The notes: generated from the letters alone by a model not told the origin. A stretch of 64,000 nucleotides of DNA from an uncultured Gammaproteobacteria bacterium (GCA_964448725.1 CAYVAJ010000001.1:135525-199524); one strand, 5' to 3'. Positions 36,848 to 49,395 are shown, counted from the stretch's first letter. A program made the numbers and translations.

Positions 36848-38494
36848 ATGGTAAAAGACCTATTTAAAAAAGGTATTGGGGCAATAACGTCAAAACAAAC
36901 AAGCATATTTTCTGCCGCATTCTTTATTGTGCTTACTTCGGCAGCAGGCCAATTCTTAGGGTATTTTAAATATCGCTTGCTTGCAATGATTTATGGACCA
37001 TCTCCTGATTTGGGAGTTTACCTCGCATCATTTAAGGTTCCTGATTTTATTTTTCAGGTATTTATCGCAAGTGCGCTTACTTCAGCATTTATTCCAATCT
37101 TTACTGATTATTTAGATAAAGAGGATAAAAAGCGTACGAATGAATTTATTTCATCACTCATGACTATCGGGGTTGGCTTTTATGGAGTTGTTGCCCTTGT
37201 TATTGCAGTATTTGCGTATCCTATTTCTCAAAAAATTGCACCAGGATTCAATCCGCGAGAACTTGAATTAATGGTTAATCTCACAAGAATTATATTATTT
37301 TGCCAAGTGTTTTTTATACTTGGAACTATTGCTACTGGCATGCTGCAATCATTGCAGCATTTTTTACTTGCAGGGCTTGCATCAGCACTCTATAACCTGG
37401 GAATTATTGTAGGGTTACTTATATTTGCATCAACCTATGGAATTTACGGTGCAGTATTGGGAGTGTTACTTGGAGCATTTTTGTTCTTTGTTGTCCAAGT
37501 CCCATTACTGATTCGTTCTGGATATAAATTTATCCCTCGGCTTATTATAAGTTCTGGAGCGATAAAAGTATTGCATCTAATGGGCCCTCGTGCATTAACT
37601 TCTCTTGTTATTCAACTTGTATCGCTTGCAAATCTTTTTTTTATTTCACTAATTTCTGCTCGCAGCATGGTATTCTTTGAATTTGCCAGTACCCTTATGC
37701 TTGTGCCAGTTTTACTTTTTGGACAATCTATTGCTCAGGCAAGCTTTCCTTCTCTTGCAAAAAAATCAAAAAATCATCAAGAATTCCTCAATATTTTTGT
37801 TCCATCATTTAATCAGATTCTTTTTTTCGCGCTGCCGATTAGTGCACTTTTTATAATCTTGAGAATACCAATTGTTCGTCTTGCATTTGGGGTCGATAGA
37901 TTTGATTGGGAAGCAACAGTACTTACGGGAATGACACTTGCTGCGTTTGCCTTGTCTATTGCTGCTCAATCATTAATCTATTTATTAAGCCGCGCATTTT
38001 TTGCAATGAAGGACACAAAAACTCCGTTTTTGATCACAACGGTTTCGGTCATAATCAATATTACACTTGCATATCTTTTTATTATAGTTTTGAAAAAAGA
38101 TGTCTACTATTTAGCTCTTGCGTTTTCAATTGCGAATATTATCTCAGCAGTTATTATGACGATTTATATGAATATCCATATTGAACTACCAAAGTTTTCA
38201 ATGGGAGTAAGTGTAGTAAAAACGTTGATAGCTACTCTTATCATGGGTTTTTCCCTCTACATTCCTATTAAGCTTCTTGATCAGTTAGTATTTGATACGA
38301 CTCGCACAATAGGTTTGATTATGCTTACTGGAATTGCATCATTTCTAGGGTTGCTCTCATTTCTGTTCTTTACTTGGTTACTTGAAATACGAGAAGCATA
38401 CTATATACTTGCAGTGGTAAGACGGTTTAGTAGCCGCACCCCAATTCTTAAAAATATAGGAGAAATTATCGATGGACCAAAAATTAATACGTAA
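36848..38494 (+). CDS. murJ: Lipid II flippase MurJ (MviN family)
   Basis: 14-TM MOP-superfamily pattern. N-terminal SAAGQFLGYFKYRLLAMIYG and SFKVPDFIFQVF motifs typical of MurJ. Confidence 0.85.
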   Translation: MVKDLFKKGIGAITSKQTSIFSAAFFIVLTSAAGQFLGYFKYRLLAMIYGPSPDLGVYLASFKVPDFIFQVFIASALTSAFIPIFTDYLDKEDKKRTNEFISSLMTIGVGFYGVVALVIAVFAYPISQKIAPGFNPRELELMVNLTRIILFCQVFFILGTIATGMLQSLQHFLLAGLASALYNLGIIVGLLIFASTYGIYGAVLGVLLGAFLFFVVQVPLLIRSGYKFIPRLIISSGAIKVLHLMGPRALTSLVIQLVSLANLFFISLISARSMVFFEFASTLMLVPVLLFGQSIAQASFPSLAKKSKNHQEFLNIFVPSFNQILFFALPISALFIILRIPIVRLAFGVDRFDWEATVLTGMTLAAFALSIAAQSLIYLLSRAFFAMKDTKTPFLITTVSVIINITLAYLFIIVLKKDVYYLALAFSIANIISAVIMTIYMNIHIELPKFSMGVSVVKTLIATLIMGFSLYIPIKLLDQLVFDTTRTIGLIMLTGIASFLGLLSFLFFTWLLEIREAYYILAVVRRFSSRTPILKNIGEIIDGPKINT

Positions 38495-40232
38495 CTTTGC
38501 AATTATCGCGCATGTTGATCATGGTAAGTCAACGCTTGCTGACCGTTTGCTTGAAATTACCGGTACAATTCCTGCTGAACAATTACAAGAACAGTTTCTT
38601 GACTCAAATCCAATATCTCGTGAACGTGGTATTACCATTAAATTGGCTCCTGTGAGGATGAGTTATACATCCAAAGGAACAGAGTATCAGCTTAATCTCA
38701 TTGATACTCCTGGACACGTAGATTTTTCCTATGAAGTAGTTCGTACTATGAATGCGTGTGAAGGGGCAATACTTCTTGTTGATGCCACCAAAGGTATTCA
38801 GGCTCAGACAATCGCAAATTATAACTTTGCAAAACGGCTCAATTTGACCATAATTCCAGTGGTTAACAAAATTGATCTCCCATCAGCAAATGTAGAAAAA
38901 GTAATGGCTGATATGGAAAGTCTTGGATTTGCAGAAAGAGATATTTTAAAAATATCGGCTAAAACAGGTCTTGGTGTTAAAGAGTTGCTTGACACTGTTG
39001 TGTCTCTTGTTCCACCTCCAGACGGAGATCGTGATGTTGATACACAGGCTCTTATTTTTGATTCTGTTTATGATGAACATAAAGGTATTGTAATTTATGT
39101 GAGACTTAAAAACGGAACAATAAAAAAAGGAGATGAGATAACATTTCTTTCAGATAACTCAACAGCTGTTGTTCTTGATGTAGGATATATGAAGCCAACA
39201 TATAGCTCAACTCAGTCACTTGATAATGGAGAAGTAGGGTATGTAATTACAAATATAAAAGACATTACTCAAGCGAAAGTTGGAGATACCATCACGTTAC
39301 GCGGACAACAGCCAGCTATGCTCCCAGGCTATAAGCCGTTAAAACCCTTTGTGTTTTTGAGTATTTATCCAGCAACAAATGCAGAGTTCCAAAATTTGCG
39401 TAAGGCACTTCATACGTTAAAACTGACTGATGCATCATTGGTATTTACTCCTGAGCAATCCTCGCTATTTGGACCAGGGTTTCGATGCGGATTTTTAGGA
39501 CTGCTCCATGCACAGATTATTATTGAACGGCTCGAACGTGAATATAACCTTGATGTATTTACCGCACCGCCGAGTATTGAATACAGTGTTGATGGAGAAA
39601 AAATATCAAATCCAAAAGACTTTGATATTTCGAAAAAAGATATACAGGAGCCATTTATGCTTGCTGAAATTTATACTCCTCAGGAATATCTTGGACAAAT
39701 ACTTGAGCTTATTTATGCTCGCCGTGGAGAACAGCAAGATATTGCTTACTACTCTTCTCAAGTTCGTGTCACTTTTGTAATGCCGCTTGCAAATGTTATT
39801 TATGATTTTTTTGATAAAGTTAAGTCAGTCTCATCTGGATTTGCTTCGTTTGATTACGAATTTTTAGAGTATCGTCCGTCTGATTTAGTGCGGGTTGATA
39901 TTTCGGTTAATGATCAGATTATTCCAGAGCTGTCGTTTATTGTGCATAGGTCAGAAAGTGATTATTTTGGCCGTAGAATTGTAGAGCTTTTATCAAAAGA
40001 AATTCCTAAACATCAATTTGTTATTGCTGTTCGGGCAAACATTGGTTCGCGAGTAATTGCCAGTGAAAAAATTGCAGCTTTATCGAAAAATGTTACCGCA
40101 AAACTGTATGGCGGCGATGTAACCCGCAAAAATAAACTACTAGACAAGCAAAAAGAAGGAAAAAAGAAAATGAAGACAATTGGACGAGTATCAGTCCCTA
40201 AAGAGGCGTTTTTATCTGTTCTGAAGGTTTAG
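38472..40232 (+). CDS. lepA: Elongation factor 4 (LepA)
   Basis: IRNFAIIAHVDHGKSTLADRLL G-domain, DTPGHVDF, NKID, and LepA-specific C-terminal domain. Confidence 0.95.
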   Translation: MDQKLIRNFAIIAHVDHGKSTLADRLLEITGTIPAEQLQEQFLDSNPISRERGITIKLAPVRMSYTSKGTEYQLNLIDTPGHVDFSYEVVRTMNACEGAILLVDATKGIQAQTIANYNFAKRLNLTIIPVVNKIDLPSANVEKVMADMESLGFAERDILKISAKTGLGVKELLDTVVSLVPPPDGDRDVDTQALIFDSVYDEHKGIVIYVRLKNGTIKKGDEITFLSDNSTAVVLDVGYMKPTYSSTQSLDNGEVGYVITNIKDITQAKVGDTITLRGQQPAMLPGYKPLKPFVFLSIYPATNAEFQNLRKALHTLKLTDASLVFTPEQSSLFGPGFRCGFLGLLHAQIIIERLEREYNLDVFTAPPSIEYSVDGEKISNPKDFDISKKDIQEPFMLAEIYTPQEYLGQILELIYARRGEQQDIAYYSSQVRVTFVMPLANVIYDFFDKVKSVSSGFASFDYEFLEYRPSDLVRVDISVNDQIIPELSFIVHRSESDYFGRRIVELLSKEIPKHQFVIAVRANIGSRVIASEKIAALSKNVTAKLYGGDVTRKNKLLDKQKEGKKKMKTIGRVSVPKEAFLSVLKV

Positions 40233-40788
40233 GCACAGTAAGACTTTTTTTCACTTCAAAATATTTAAATCTATCTATCTGATTCCAAAGATAGGCATAC
40301 ACAACAAAAGACGGAATCAGTGAACAAACAATAATCCAGCCGAGCCAGAAAAAATAATGAATTAAAATATCTGGATTAATGGTTATTTTATCTAACGAAT
40401 TTACAATATCATTAGTGGATAAAGAAAGAAGATAAATTCCAAATAAGAGTTCAGACCAGAAATTTATAAGCATAAAGGTAATAATGGGGAACACAGCGAA
40501 GAATGGCAGAAAAGCAAGTATTCGAAGCGCGTATAGACTCCATCTTGTGTATACATACAGGCAGGCAAAAACGAACAAGAACGAAAGGACAGAGAACCAA
40601 TCATACCACCATAATGGGAAAGTATAGCCCCAATAGGTTTTGATAAACACAAGTGGAATTAAGAGAAATATCCACTGAATCACCTTTACGCTTCGCGGTT
40701 TGGCGCTGTGAATTTGCAAAACAAAAAAGATGAGTTGAAGGATGTTTTTCTTTATGTCTGGTCGAGAAGCTTTACTTTCTGGTTGCAT
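40198..40788 (-). CDS. Polytopic membrane protein, hypothetical
   Basis: 196 aa, 5-6 hydrophobic helices. 3' end overlaps the lepA 3' end by 35 nt (convergent). Confidence 0.5.
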   Translation of the reverse strand: MQPESKASRPDIKKNILQLIFFVLQIHSAKPRSVKVIQWIFLLIPLVFIKTYWGYTFPLWWYDWFSVLSFLFVFACLYVYTRWSLYALRILAFLPFFAVFPIITFMLINFWSELLFGIYLLSLSTNDIVNSLDKITINPDILIHYFFWLGWIIVCSLIPSFVVYAYLWNQIDRFKYFEVKKSLTVPKPSEQIKTPL

Positions 40789-40793
40789 AAAAT

Positions 40794-41912
40794 TTAAAGT
40801 AAGAACAGCAGTACTCCCCCGATAATGGTAAGTATTACCGCCCCACCGATTCCTATAGCTGTTCCAATTGATCCAGGAGGTGCTAGAGTCGGCACAACTG
40901 TTGCTGGAATGTCAGTTGGTGAAACAGGCATTTGGGCACTTGGTGATCCTTCTTCAACAGTAACAGGCTGAGTACAGGATATACTAGTTCCTCCTCTATC
41001 GTCTGTAAAGATAACTGTTGCTGAATGTGAGCCAGTAATTGTATATGTGTGGCTCTGTTGTACCGATGCTGATGCGCTGCCAAGACCTGCGGTAACATCT
41101 ACTACTTGTCCATCTCCAAAGTTAAATGTAGCTTTTACAATCTGACCATCAGAATCATTACCAGTTGCAGTAAACTGGGATGTAAGCGGTGCTGAGCCAC
41201 TTGCAGGTATTACCGTAAGATTAGTACAGACTGGTACGATATTTGGAATAAGAGTAGGCGAAGGAGACGGTGTTCTTGAGGGAGTTGCCGATGGAGTTGC
41301 AGATGGGGTTGCAGTTGGTGATGGTGTGCCACCTCCTGTTCCATCAAGTATAGTGATGAGCGCAGGGGTTGTATTAACGAGGACATTTTCTCCTGGGTTA
41401 TCATCGGTTGCGATTGAGAGTACCTGTGTAGATCCTGGAAATTCAAAGGCTACTTGTGTTGGTGTCTCTGTCTTTTCTAAGGCTTCCAGCTCAATAGTCG
41501 CAACTTTAAATGGTTGATTGAAACTTTGAGTGGGATCGTATCCAGTTAGCGCTTTGTTAATTCCAAACTCTACACTTGCACTTCCACTTGTAATTGTTGG
41601 TCCGGAAAGTGTAGTAGAAATATTCTGTGAATCAGGAGTAATCTGAGAAATTGCCACTTTTTCTGCATCATAATTCAGTGAGAACTTGACGAATGAAGGA
41701 ATATTATTGCCTGGGTCTAACATAACATCAATGGTAAAAATTTCACCGACTGTAACAGTATTCTTTGAAGTTATAAGTGAAAGGTTACTTGATGGGGCAG
41801 CGCTACTTCTTAGATCTTGTTGTTGTTTTACAAAAAAGAGTGTGAGTGGAATTGTTATTAATAGTAGAACAAGAATCCCAATAAGAAAGAACTGTTTCCC
41901 GTTTAATTTCAT
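40794..41912 (-). CDS. Surface-anchored protein with N-terminal cohesin-like module, PT/PS-rich linker, a second beta domain and C-terminal TM anchor
   Basis: Signal peptide with extended c-region PLTLFFVKQQQDLRSSAA. Module TVTVGEIFTIDVML..FVKFSLNYDAEKVAISQI..FKVATIELEALEKT fits the cohesin beta-sandwich pattern. TPSPTATPSATPSATPSRTPSPSPT linker. C-terminal GGAVILTIIGGVLLFLL. Confidence 0.55.
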   Translation of the reverse strand: MKLNGKQFFLIGILVLLLITIPLTLFFVKQQQDLRSSAAPSSNLSLITSKNTVTVGEIFTIDVMLDPGNNIPSFVKFSLNYDAEKVAISQITPDSQNISTTLSGPTITSGSASVEFGINKALTGYDPTQSFNQPFKVATIELEALEKTETPTQVAFEFPGSTQVLSIATDDNPGENVLVNTTPALITILDGTGGGTPSPTATPSATPSATPSRTPSPSPTLIPNIVPVCTNLTVIPASGSAPLTSQFTATGNDSDGQIVKATFNFGDGQVVDVTAGLGSASASVQQSHTYTITGSHSATVIFTDDRGGTSISCTQPVTVEEGSPSAQMPVSPTDIPATVVPTLAPPGSIGTAIGIGGAVILTIIGGVLLFLL

Positions 41913-42021
41913 AGGTATATGAGACAGAAATAACTGCTGATATTAGCGTAGTGGAAACGTAAAAAGAAGTCAATAATGTAAGAGATTAGTAAAAAACATA
42001 CTGTATGAGATTGCAAAGGTC

Positions 42022-42075
42022 TTGACAACACAATATTTTTTGGGTATATTAGCAGTCGTACAGTCTAAATGACAA
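42022..42075 (+). promoter_or_regulatory. groES-groEL promoter (TTGACA-17-TATATT) with CIRCE-like half-site TTAGCAGTC overlapping the -10 region
   Basis: TTGACA 42022-42027, TATATT 42045-42050, TTAGCAGTC 42049-42057. Right half of the inverted repeat is degenerate (AAATGACAA). Confidence 0.45.
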
Positions 42076-42096
42076 AAATTTGAGTCAACTGAGAAT

Positions 42097-42408
42097 ATGG
42101 CAAAATCATCGACAAAACAGACAATTACTCCACTCTTTGGAAATGTCTTAGTAAAACCACTTGAAGCAGAAGAGAAAACAGTCGGCGGAATCTATCTTCC
42201 TGATACAGCGAAAGAAAAACCACAGATAGGAGAAATTATGGCTGTGGGTAAAGGATCATGGGATGAAGACGGTAAAAAAAGAATTCCAATGGAAGTATCA
42301 GTTGGACAAAAAGTAATGTATAAAAAATGGGGCGGAAATGAAGTTAAAGTAGGATCTGAAGAATGGACAATTGTAGATCAGAAAGATATACTCGCAATTG
42401 TTAGTTAA
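42097..42408 (+). CDS. groES: Co-chaperonin GroES
   Basis: Mobile-loop and core GroES pattern: PLFGNVLVKP, GGIYLPDTAKEKPQ, GEIMAVGKG. Confidence 0.9.
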   Translation: MAKSSTKQTITPLFGNVLVKPLEAEEKTVGGIYLPDTAKEKPQIGEIMAVGKGSWDEDGKKRIPMEVSVGQKVMYKKWGGNEVKVGSEEWTIVDQKDILAIVS

Positions 42409-42448
42409 ACAATTACGAAAGCGTCAAATATTAAATAACAAAAAATGA

Positions 42449-44152
<1,704 letters not shown>

Positions 44153-44238
44153 TTTCATTATTTTTTTCACTTCCTGCAATTTTAACTCCTTTGAAAAATC
44201 TTTTCCAAAAAGCTTGTTATTCATAGTAGAATAGATAC

Positions 44239-45039
44239 ATGGTTGATACTCATTGTCATTTGAATTTCCATAAATTTGCCGATGATGTGACAGATGTAGT
44301 AGAACGTGCGAATGCACATGGTGTGACGCACATTGTAAATGTTGGGACTCAAATTAGCTCAAGTAGAGAAGCGATTGATCTTGCTGAGCAGTTTGATTCT
44401 TGTTTGGCTGTTGTTGGAATCCACCCTCATCATGCAGATAAAGTTGAGAAAGGGTGGGAAAAAGAGCTTACTCAATTAGCAAAACACGAAAAAGTGATTG
44501 CAATTGGTGAGTGTGGAATGGACTATTTTTCCTATCAATCAAATGGGATAGTCGATCCCACAATTCAAAAAAAAGTGTTTGAGCAGCAATTGATGATTGC
44601 TCATGAATTACAACTTCCCTTACAGATCCACAATAGACATGCAGGAAAAGATATTATTGAGATTCTCAGACATCATAAATCATTATTGCAAGCTATTCCT
44701 GGTATGTTTCACTGTATGTCAGGTGACATTGAACTTTTGAATCAAGTATTAGACCTTAATTTTTATGTTGGATTTGATGGAAATATTACCTATCCAAAAC
44801 TTGCACCTGGAGAAAAAACTCATCTACAAGATTTAGTGAATGCTGCACCAATTGAACGAATTCTTATTGAAACAGATAGTCCTTACTTAACACCTATTCC
44901 TCATCGGGGCACGAGAAACGAGCCAAAAAATGCTATAATGGTAGCAGAATTTATTGCCCAATTAAAAGGAATTTCATTTGACGATGTTGAGAGAATAACA
45001 ACACAAAACTTTTCAACAGTATTTTCCATTGTACTATAA
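44239..45039 (+). CDS. tatD: TatD-family metal-dependent hydrolase/DNase
   Basis: MVDTHCHLN, IGECGMDY and DSPYL motifs of the TatD/TIM-barrel amidohydrolase family. Confidence 0.85.
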   Translation: MVDTHCHLNFHKFADDVTDVVERANAHGVTHIVNVGTQISSSREAIDLAEQFDSCLAVVGIHPHHADKVEKGWEKELTQLAKHEKVIAIGECGMDYFSYQSNGIVDPTIQKKVFEQQLMIAHELQLPLQIHNRHAGKDIIEILRHHKSLLQAIPGMFHCMSGDIELLNQVLDLNFYVGFDGNITYPKLAPGEKTHLQDLVNAAPIERILIETDSPYLTPIPHRGTRNEPKNAIMVAEFIAQLKGISFDDVERITTQNFSTVFSIVL

Positions 45040-45041
45040 CT

Positions 45042-46541
45042 ATGCATGCATTTTTTGACCGTATTTTTTATACCTATCCTATAAAAACCAGGAGAACTCT
45101 TGAAATTTTACCGCCATTAATTTCAATGTTTTTAATAACTATGCCAGTTTGGGGTGCATTATTATTTCCTGTTCAGCTTGCCTACTTTATTATTTTTTTT
45201 GATGTCTACTTTTTATGGAAGTCAATTTATTTAGTTGTTACAGCATCGATATCATCTCGAAAAATAAAGAAAACAGAAGAAGAAAATTGGCTTGCAAAGG
45301 CAAAAAAGCTTGATCACTTCACTGATATGCATCATGTTGTAATCATTCCAAGTTACACAGAAAGTGCTGCAAAACTTTCCCGAACAATTGAAACATTTAA
45401 AAATCAGACTTTTCCGACTGATCGAATACATGTCTATCTCGCGCTTGAAAAAAGAGAAGAAAATGTACAAGAAAAAGCTGATAATCTTGTTGCGTTGTAT
45501 AAGAATTCATTTGGTACATTTTCATATACTTTACATCCTGATGTAGAGGGAGAAGTGAAAGGAAAATCATCAAATCAGGCTTTTGCAGTGAAACACGCGT
45601 ATAAAGAGTTAGTTGAAGAGAAAAAATTAAATATTGATTACATGACAGTTTCTTCGGTAGATGCTGATGCAGTTTTTGATCCTCAGTATTATGCGAATCT
45701 GACCTACTTATTCCTTACCGCAAAAAATCCATATCTTCATATCTGGCAGTCAGCGACTGTATTTTATAATAATTTCTGGGAAATACCCTCCTTTACTCGT
45801 GTTATGACATTTTTTAGCAGCTTATGGCGGACTGCATTACTCGTACAAGGATTACGGTTACTCCCGCACTCAACATATTCTCTCTCTCTGAAATTATTGC
45901 ATGAAATTGGATACTGGGATACTGATGTGATTCCTGAGGATTATAGAGTTTTCTTTAAAGCGTTTTTCAAAAAACAAGGCAGGGTATCTGTTGAACCATT
46001 ATTTCTTAAAACATCACTTGATAGTGCACAATCACATACATATCGTGCAAGTCTGATGAATAAATATAACCAAGAAAGACGATGGGCATGGGGAGTATCT
46101 GATGATGCAGTGTATCTAAAATGGTGGTTTACAGTTCCTGGAGTACCATTTATAAAAAAGACATTTCTCATGTATTATGTGGTACTTGATCACATCCTCT
46201 GGCCAGTGGCTTGGTTTTTGATTACATTGTCGGCAAATATTGTTGTACTTATTAATCCAGTTTTTTCCCGTACAAGCTTGGGTTACTCTTTACCTCAATT
46301 ATCTGGATTTATCGTTACTCTGACGCTCATATCACTCGTGGCGATGATGTATATTGACTATACAATTCATCGATATAAACATTATAAAAAACCATCATTA
46401 TGGCGCCGAATTCTCTTCCCGCTTGAGTTTATTGTAATGCCAATTGCAGGTTTTTTCCTTTCTGCGCTACCTGCACTTATTTCACATATACAGTTATTTA
46501 TTGGGAAGCGTTTGGAATATAAAGTGACTGAAAAAGTATAG
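45042..46541 (+). CDS. Membrane-embedded GT2-like glycosyltransferase
   Basis: Two N-terminal TMs, then VVIIPSYTE (GT2 motif), VDADAVF (DxD), then 4-5 C-terminal TMs as in processive or polyprenyl-phosphate GT2 enzymes. Confidence 0.55.
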   Translation: MHAFFDRIFYTYPIKTRRTLEILPPLISMFLITMPVWGALLFPVQLAYFIIFFDVYFLWKSIYLVVTASISSRKIKKTEEENWLAKAKKLDHFTDMHHVVIIPSYTESAAKLSRTIETFKNQTFPTDRIHVYLALEKREENVQEKADNLVALYKNSFGTFSYTLHPDVEGEVKGKSSNQAFAVKHAYKELVEEKKLNIDYMTVSSVDADAVFDPQYYANLTYLFLTAKNPYLHIWQSATVFYNNFWEIPSFTRVMTFFSSLWRTALLVQGLRLLPHSTYSLSLKLLHEIGYWDTDVIPEDYRVFFKAFFKKQGRVSVEPLFLKTSLDSAQSHTYRASLMNKYNQERRWAWGVSDDAVYLKWWFTVPGVPFIKKTFLMYYVVLDHILWPVAWFLITLSANIVVLINPVFSRTSLGYSLPQLSGFIVTLTLISLVAMMYIDYTIHRYKHYKKPSLWRRILFPLEFIVMPIAGFFLSALPALISHIQLFIGKRLEYKVTEKV

Positions 46542-46543
46542 GT

Positions 46544-47995
46544 ATGAAGAGGTTATTATCATGGCAAATATTCCCTCATTTTTTTCTTTTTGGGATCGTT
46601 TGTCTCTTTATAGTATTAAGACTACCTTCGCTTATAGAACCATATTGGTATGGCGATGAAGGTATTTATGCCATAATTGGAAAATCAATGAGAGAAGGAT
46701 TTCTCTTGTATCGTGATATATGGGATAATAAACCTCCACTACTGTATGTTTTTTATGCGCTTGTATATGGTGAGTTATTTTGGATTAGGACCCTTTCACT
46801 TATCATAGGAACAGCGACAGTTATACTCTTTTTCAAACTATCACAAACAGTATTGAAAGAGAAAAGGTCAGTTATTATTGCGACCAGCATATTTACGCTT
46901 CTTTTCGGACTACCAATTCTAGAAGGGAATATCGCAAATGCAGAGAATTTTATGCTGCTTCCAATTTGTGCAGCGTTTTATCTTGTTTTGAAACAGAGAA
47001 CAATTAGATCGTATTTTGGTGCGGGAATAGTACTCTCTATTGCTCTTATGATAAAAAGTGTTGCATTATTTGATATTGCAGCATTGATGAGTATTATTTT
47101 CTTACAGCGTTTACATGAAAACACACCTGTTATTAAAGTGGTACAGAAATTTATTTTCTCTAGAAAAATTATGGCAATGTTGCTTGGCATCGTGAGTCTT
47201 CCGCTGATATTCTTGCTCTATTATCTCCAAATTGGGGCAGTATATGATTTTATTTCATCTACGCTAATCAAGAATGTTGGGTATGTTGGATTTGAAAATC
47301 ATTTTATTTTTCCATTGGGGCTGGTTTTTTTGAAAATATCCTTCCTATTAGTAGCAATCGGAAGCATATATTACTTTCGCAATAAACTTTCTAAGGAAGA
47401 ACTCATACTTTTTCCTTGGATGGCTTTTGCATTGTTTAGTATGTTCTTCTCTGATCGGCCATATACTCATTATATGCTTATGGGAATACTTCCTTTTTGT
47501 CTATTACTTGGATACCTCGTACGAACTGTTCAGATAAGGACATTGATAGTGATTGTTGCTATTATGAGTATCGTTATGATGCATTTTTCATGGTATGAAA
47601 AAAATATTTCCTATTATAAAAATTACATTGACTATGTATTTGGAGAGAAAAAATTTCGCGAATATACTGCCTTTTTTGATCGAAACTCTGTTGTTGACTA
47701 TGACATCGCACAAACAATTGCGGCCCTTACCAAGGGAGAGTCATCGGTATATTATTGGAGTGATAGTGCTCAGTTGTATATGCTGACAGACGTACTTCCA
47801 ATAACAAAGTATGTTGTTGCCTACCATAATGAATCCTATCCCCAGGCATTAGAAAAAACAGTACAGCAGATTCATGAGAAGTCACCCGATTATATTGTGT
47901 CGACACGAAATAATATAATTCCTTTTAAATTAGCTGATCATTATGAGTTAAAATATACAATAGAGTCAGCTCGAATTTATGAAAAACGTATTTAA
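46544..47995 (+). CDS. GT-C membrane glycosyltransferase, PMT/ArnT (GT39)-like
   Basis: First loop PYWYGDEGIYAIIG (DE motif) after TM1. About 11 TMs then soluble C-terminal domain. Confidence 0.6.
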   Translation: MKRLLSWQIFPHFFLFGIVCLFIVLRLPSLIEPYWYGDEGIYAIIGKSMREGFLLYRDIWDNKPPLLYVFYALVYGELFWIRTLSLIIGTATVILFFKLSQTVLKEKRSVIIATSIFTLLFGLPILEGNIANAENFMLLPICAAFYLVLKQRTIRSYFGAGIVLSIALMIKSVALFDIAALMSIIFLQRLHENTPVIKVVQKFIFSRKIMAMLLGIVSLPLIFLLYYLQIGAVYDFISSTLIKNVGYVGFENHFIFPLGLVFLKISFLLVAIGSIYYFRNKLSKEELILFPWMAFALFSMFFSDRPYTHYMLMGILPFCLLLGYLVRTVQIRTLIVIVAIMSIVMMHFSWYEKNISYYKNYIDYVFGEKKFREYTAFFDRNSVVDYDIAQTIAALTKGESSVYYWSDSAQLYMLTDVLPITKYVVAYHNESYPQALEKTVQQIHEKSPDYIVSTRNNIIPFKLADHYELKYTIESARIYEKRI

Positions 47996-48332
47996 CACCG
48001 TACTTTCTGATAATATCATTAAAATATCTACGGGTGTTTCATTGATATTACTGATATTTATAACAATACTCATTGCGTTTTTCTATCAAAAATTACCTCC
48101 TTATATTCCTTTTTTTAATAGCTTGCCGTGGGGAACTGAAAGACTATTTTCCTCAGTTGTTGTAGTATTTCTTCCAGTTGTTTTTTTGTCGGTTATAATC
48201 GTCAATACTATGATTAGTGCATATCTCTATGCAAGCCATGCATTAATTGCCCGTATGATCTCATTTAATGGATTATTAGTTATTATTCTTGGATTTCTTG
48301 CGTATTTACAAATTGTACTACTCGTATTGTAA
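47979..48332 (+). CDS. Small 3-TM membrane protein, hypothetical
   Basis: 117-aa ORF, overlaps neighbours at both ends. Confidence 0.4.
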   Translation: MKNVFNTVLSDNIIKISTGVSLILLIFITILIAFFYQKLPPYIPFFNSLPWGTERLFSSVVVVFLPVVFLSVIIVNTMISAYLYASHALIARMISFNGLLVIILGFLAYLQIVLLVL

Positions 48333-49395
48333 CTTTATGCTTTATACATTAATTATTGCACTCATAACAAGTTTTACGATAATGATTGTTATTACCCCTT
48401 TGGCAATAAAACTCATTAAACGCTTAAAACTTATTGATGATCCGACTACCCATAAACATCCAGCTATTATTCATACGCGGCCGATACCTCGAGGAGGAGG
48501 ACTTCCCATCTATATTGCCTTAGTAAGCAGTATGCTAGCTTTTCTTCCACTTACCCCTATTTTTATCGCAGTTATGGGAGCAGGACTTCTTGTTGTGGGA
48601 GTTGGATTACTTGATGATCGATATGATGTTTCCCCATATGTACGATTTATTATGAATATTGTATCTGCAACTATTGTAGTAGCAGCAGGGGCAACAATTC
48701 CCTTTATTACAAATCCATTAGGGGGAATACTACGGTTTGATGATGTTACTTTTATGATCGGAAATATGGTTATAGTGTTTCCGCTTGCACATATTTTAGC
48801 GGTTGTATGGATTATCTGGGTAATGAATATGTTGAACTGGAGTAAAGGAGTGGATGGCCAAATGCCAGGAATTGCTGCGATATCGGCAATTATTATCGGA
48901 ATTGCTGCACTTCGCTTTGGAATTATTGATGAATCAAGCCAGTACACATCTATTTTTGCATTTATTGTTGCCGGAACTGCACTGGGCTTTCTTGTATATA
49001 ATTTTTATCCGGCACGAATATTTCCTGGTTATAGTGCAACAATTTTAGGTTTTACACTCGGTGTTGTATCAATCCTTTCAAGTGTAAAACTCGCAACGGC
49101 ATTACTCGTCATGGGAATTCCTGCAGCAGACGCACTTTTTACGATTGCGAGAAGACTTGCTTCTAAAAAATCCCCCTTTTGGCACGATAAAGGGCATCTC
49201 CACCATCTTTTGCTAAATCTGGGTATGGGGCAGCGCACTATCGCGTTATTTTATTGGGGAATGTCATTTATTTTAGGTTTAGCAGCATTAACCCTTTCAA
49301 GTAAAGGCAAATTGTTTGCTATAATACTCGTGATTGTATTGGTAATTGGAGTGATATTAACATTGCGATTTTTGATAAATAAAGAAAGAAAATGA
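48289..49395 (+). CDS. Polyprenyl-phosphate N-acetylhexosamine-1-phosphate transferase (MraY/WecA GT4 family; WecA/TagO-like by context)
   Basis: GLLDDRYDV, MNMLNWSKGVDGQ (NxxNxxDGxDG) and C-terminal cytoplasmic-loop motifs of the MraY/WecA family. About 10 TMs. Confidence 0.8.
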   Translation: MDFLRIYKLYYSYCNFMLYTLIIALITSFTIMIVITPLAIKLIKRLKLIDDPTTHKHPAIIHTRPIPRGGGLPIYIALVSSMLAFLPLTPIFIAVMGAGLLVVGVGLLDDRYDVSPYVRFIMNIVSATIVVAAGATIPFITNPLGGILRFDDVTFMIGNMVIVFPLAHILAVVWIIWVMNMLNWSKGVDGQMPGIAAISAIIIGIAALRFGIIDESSQYTSIFAFIVAGTALGFLVYNFYPARIFPGYSATILGFTLGVVSILSSVKLATALLVMGIPAADALFTIARRLASKKSPFWHDKGHLHHLLLNLGMGQRTIALFYWGMSFILGLAALTLSSKGKLFAIILVIVLVIGVILTLRFLINKERK

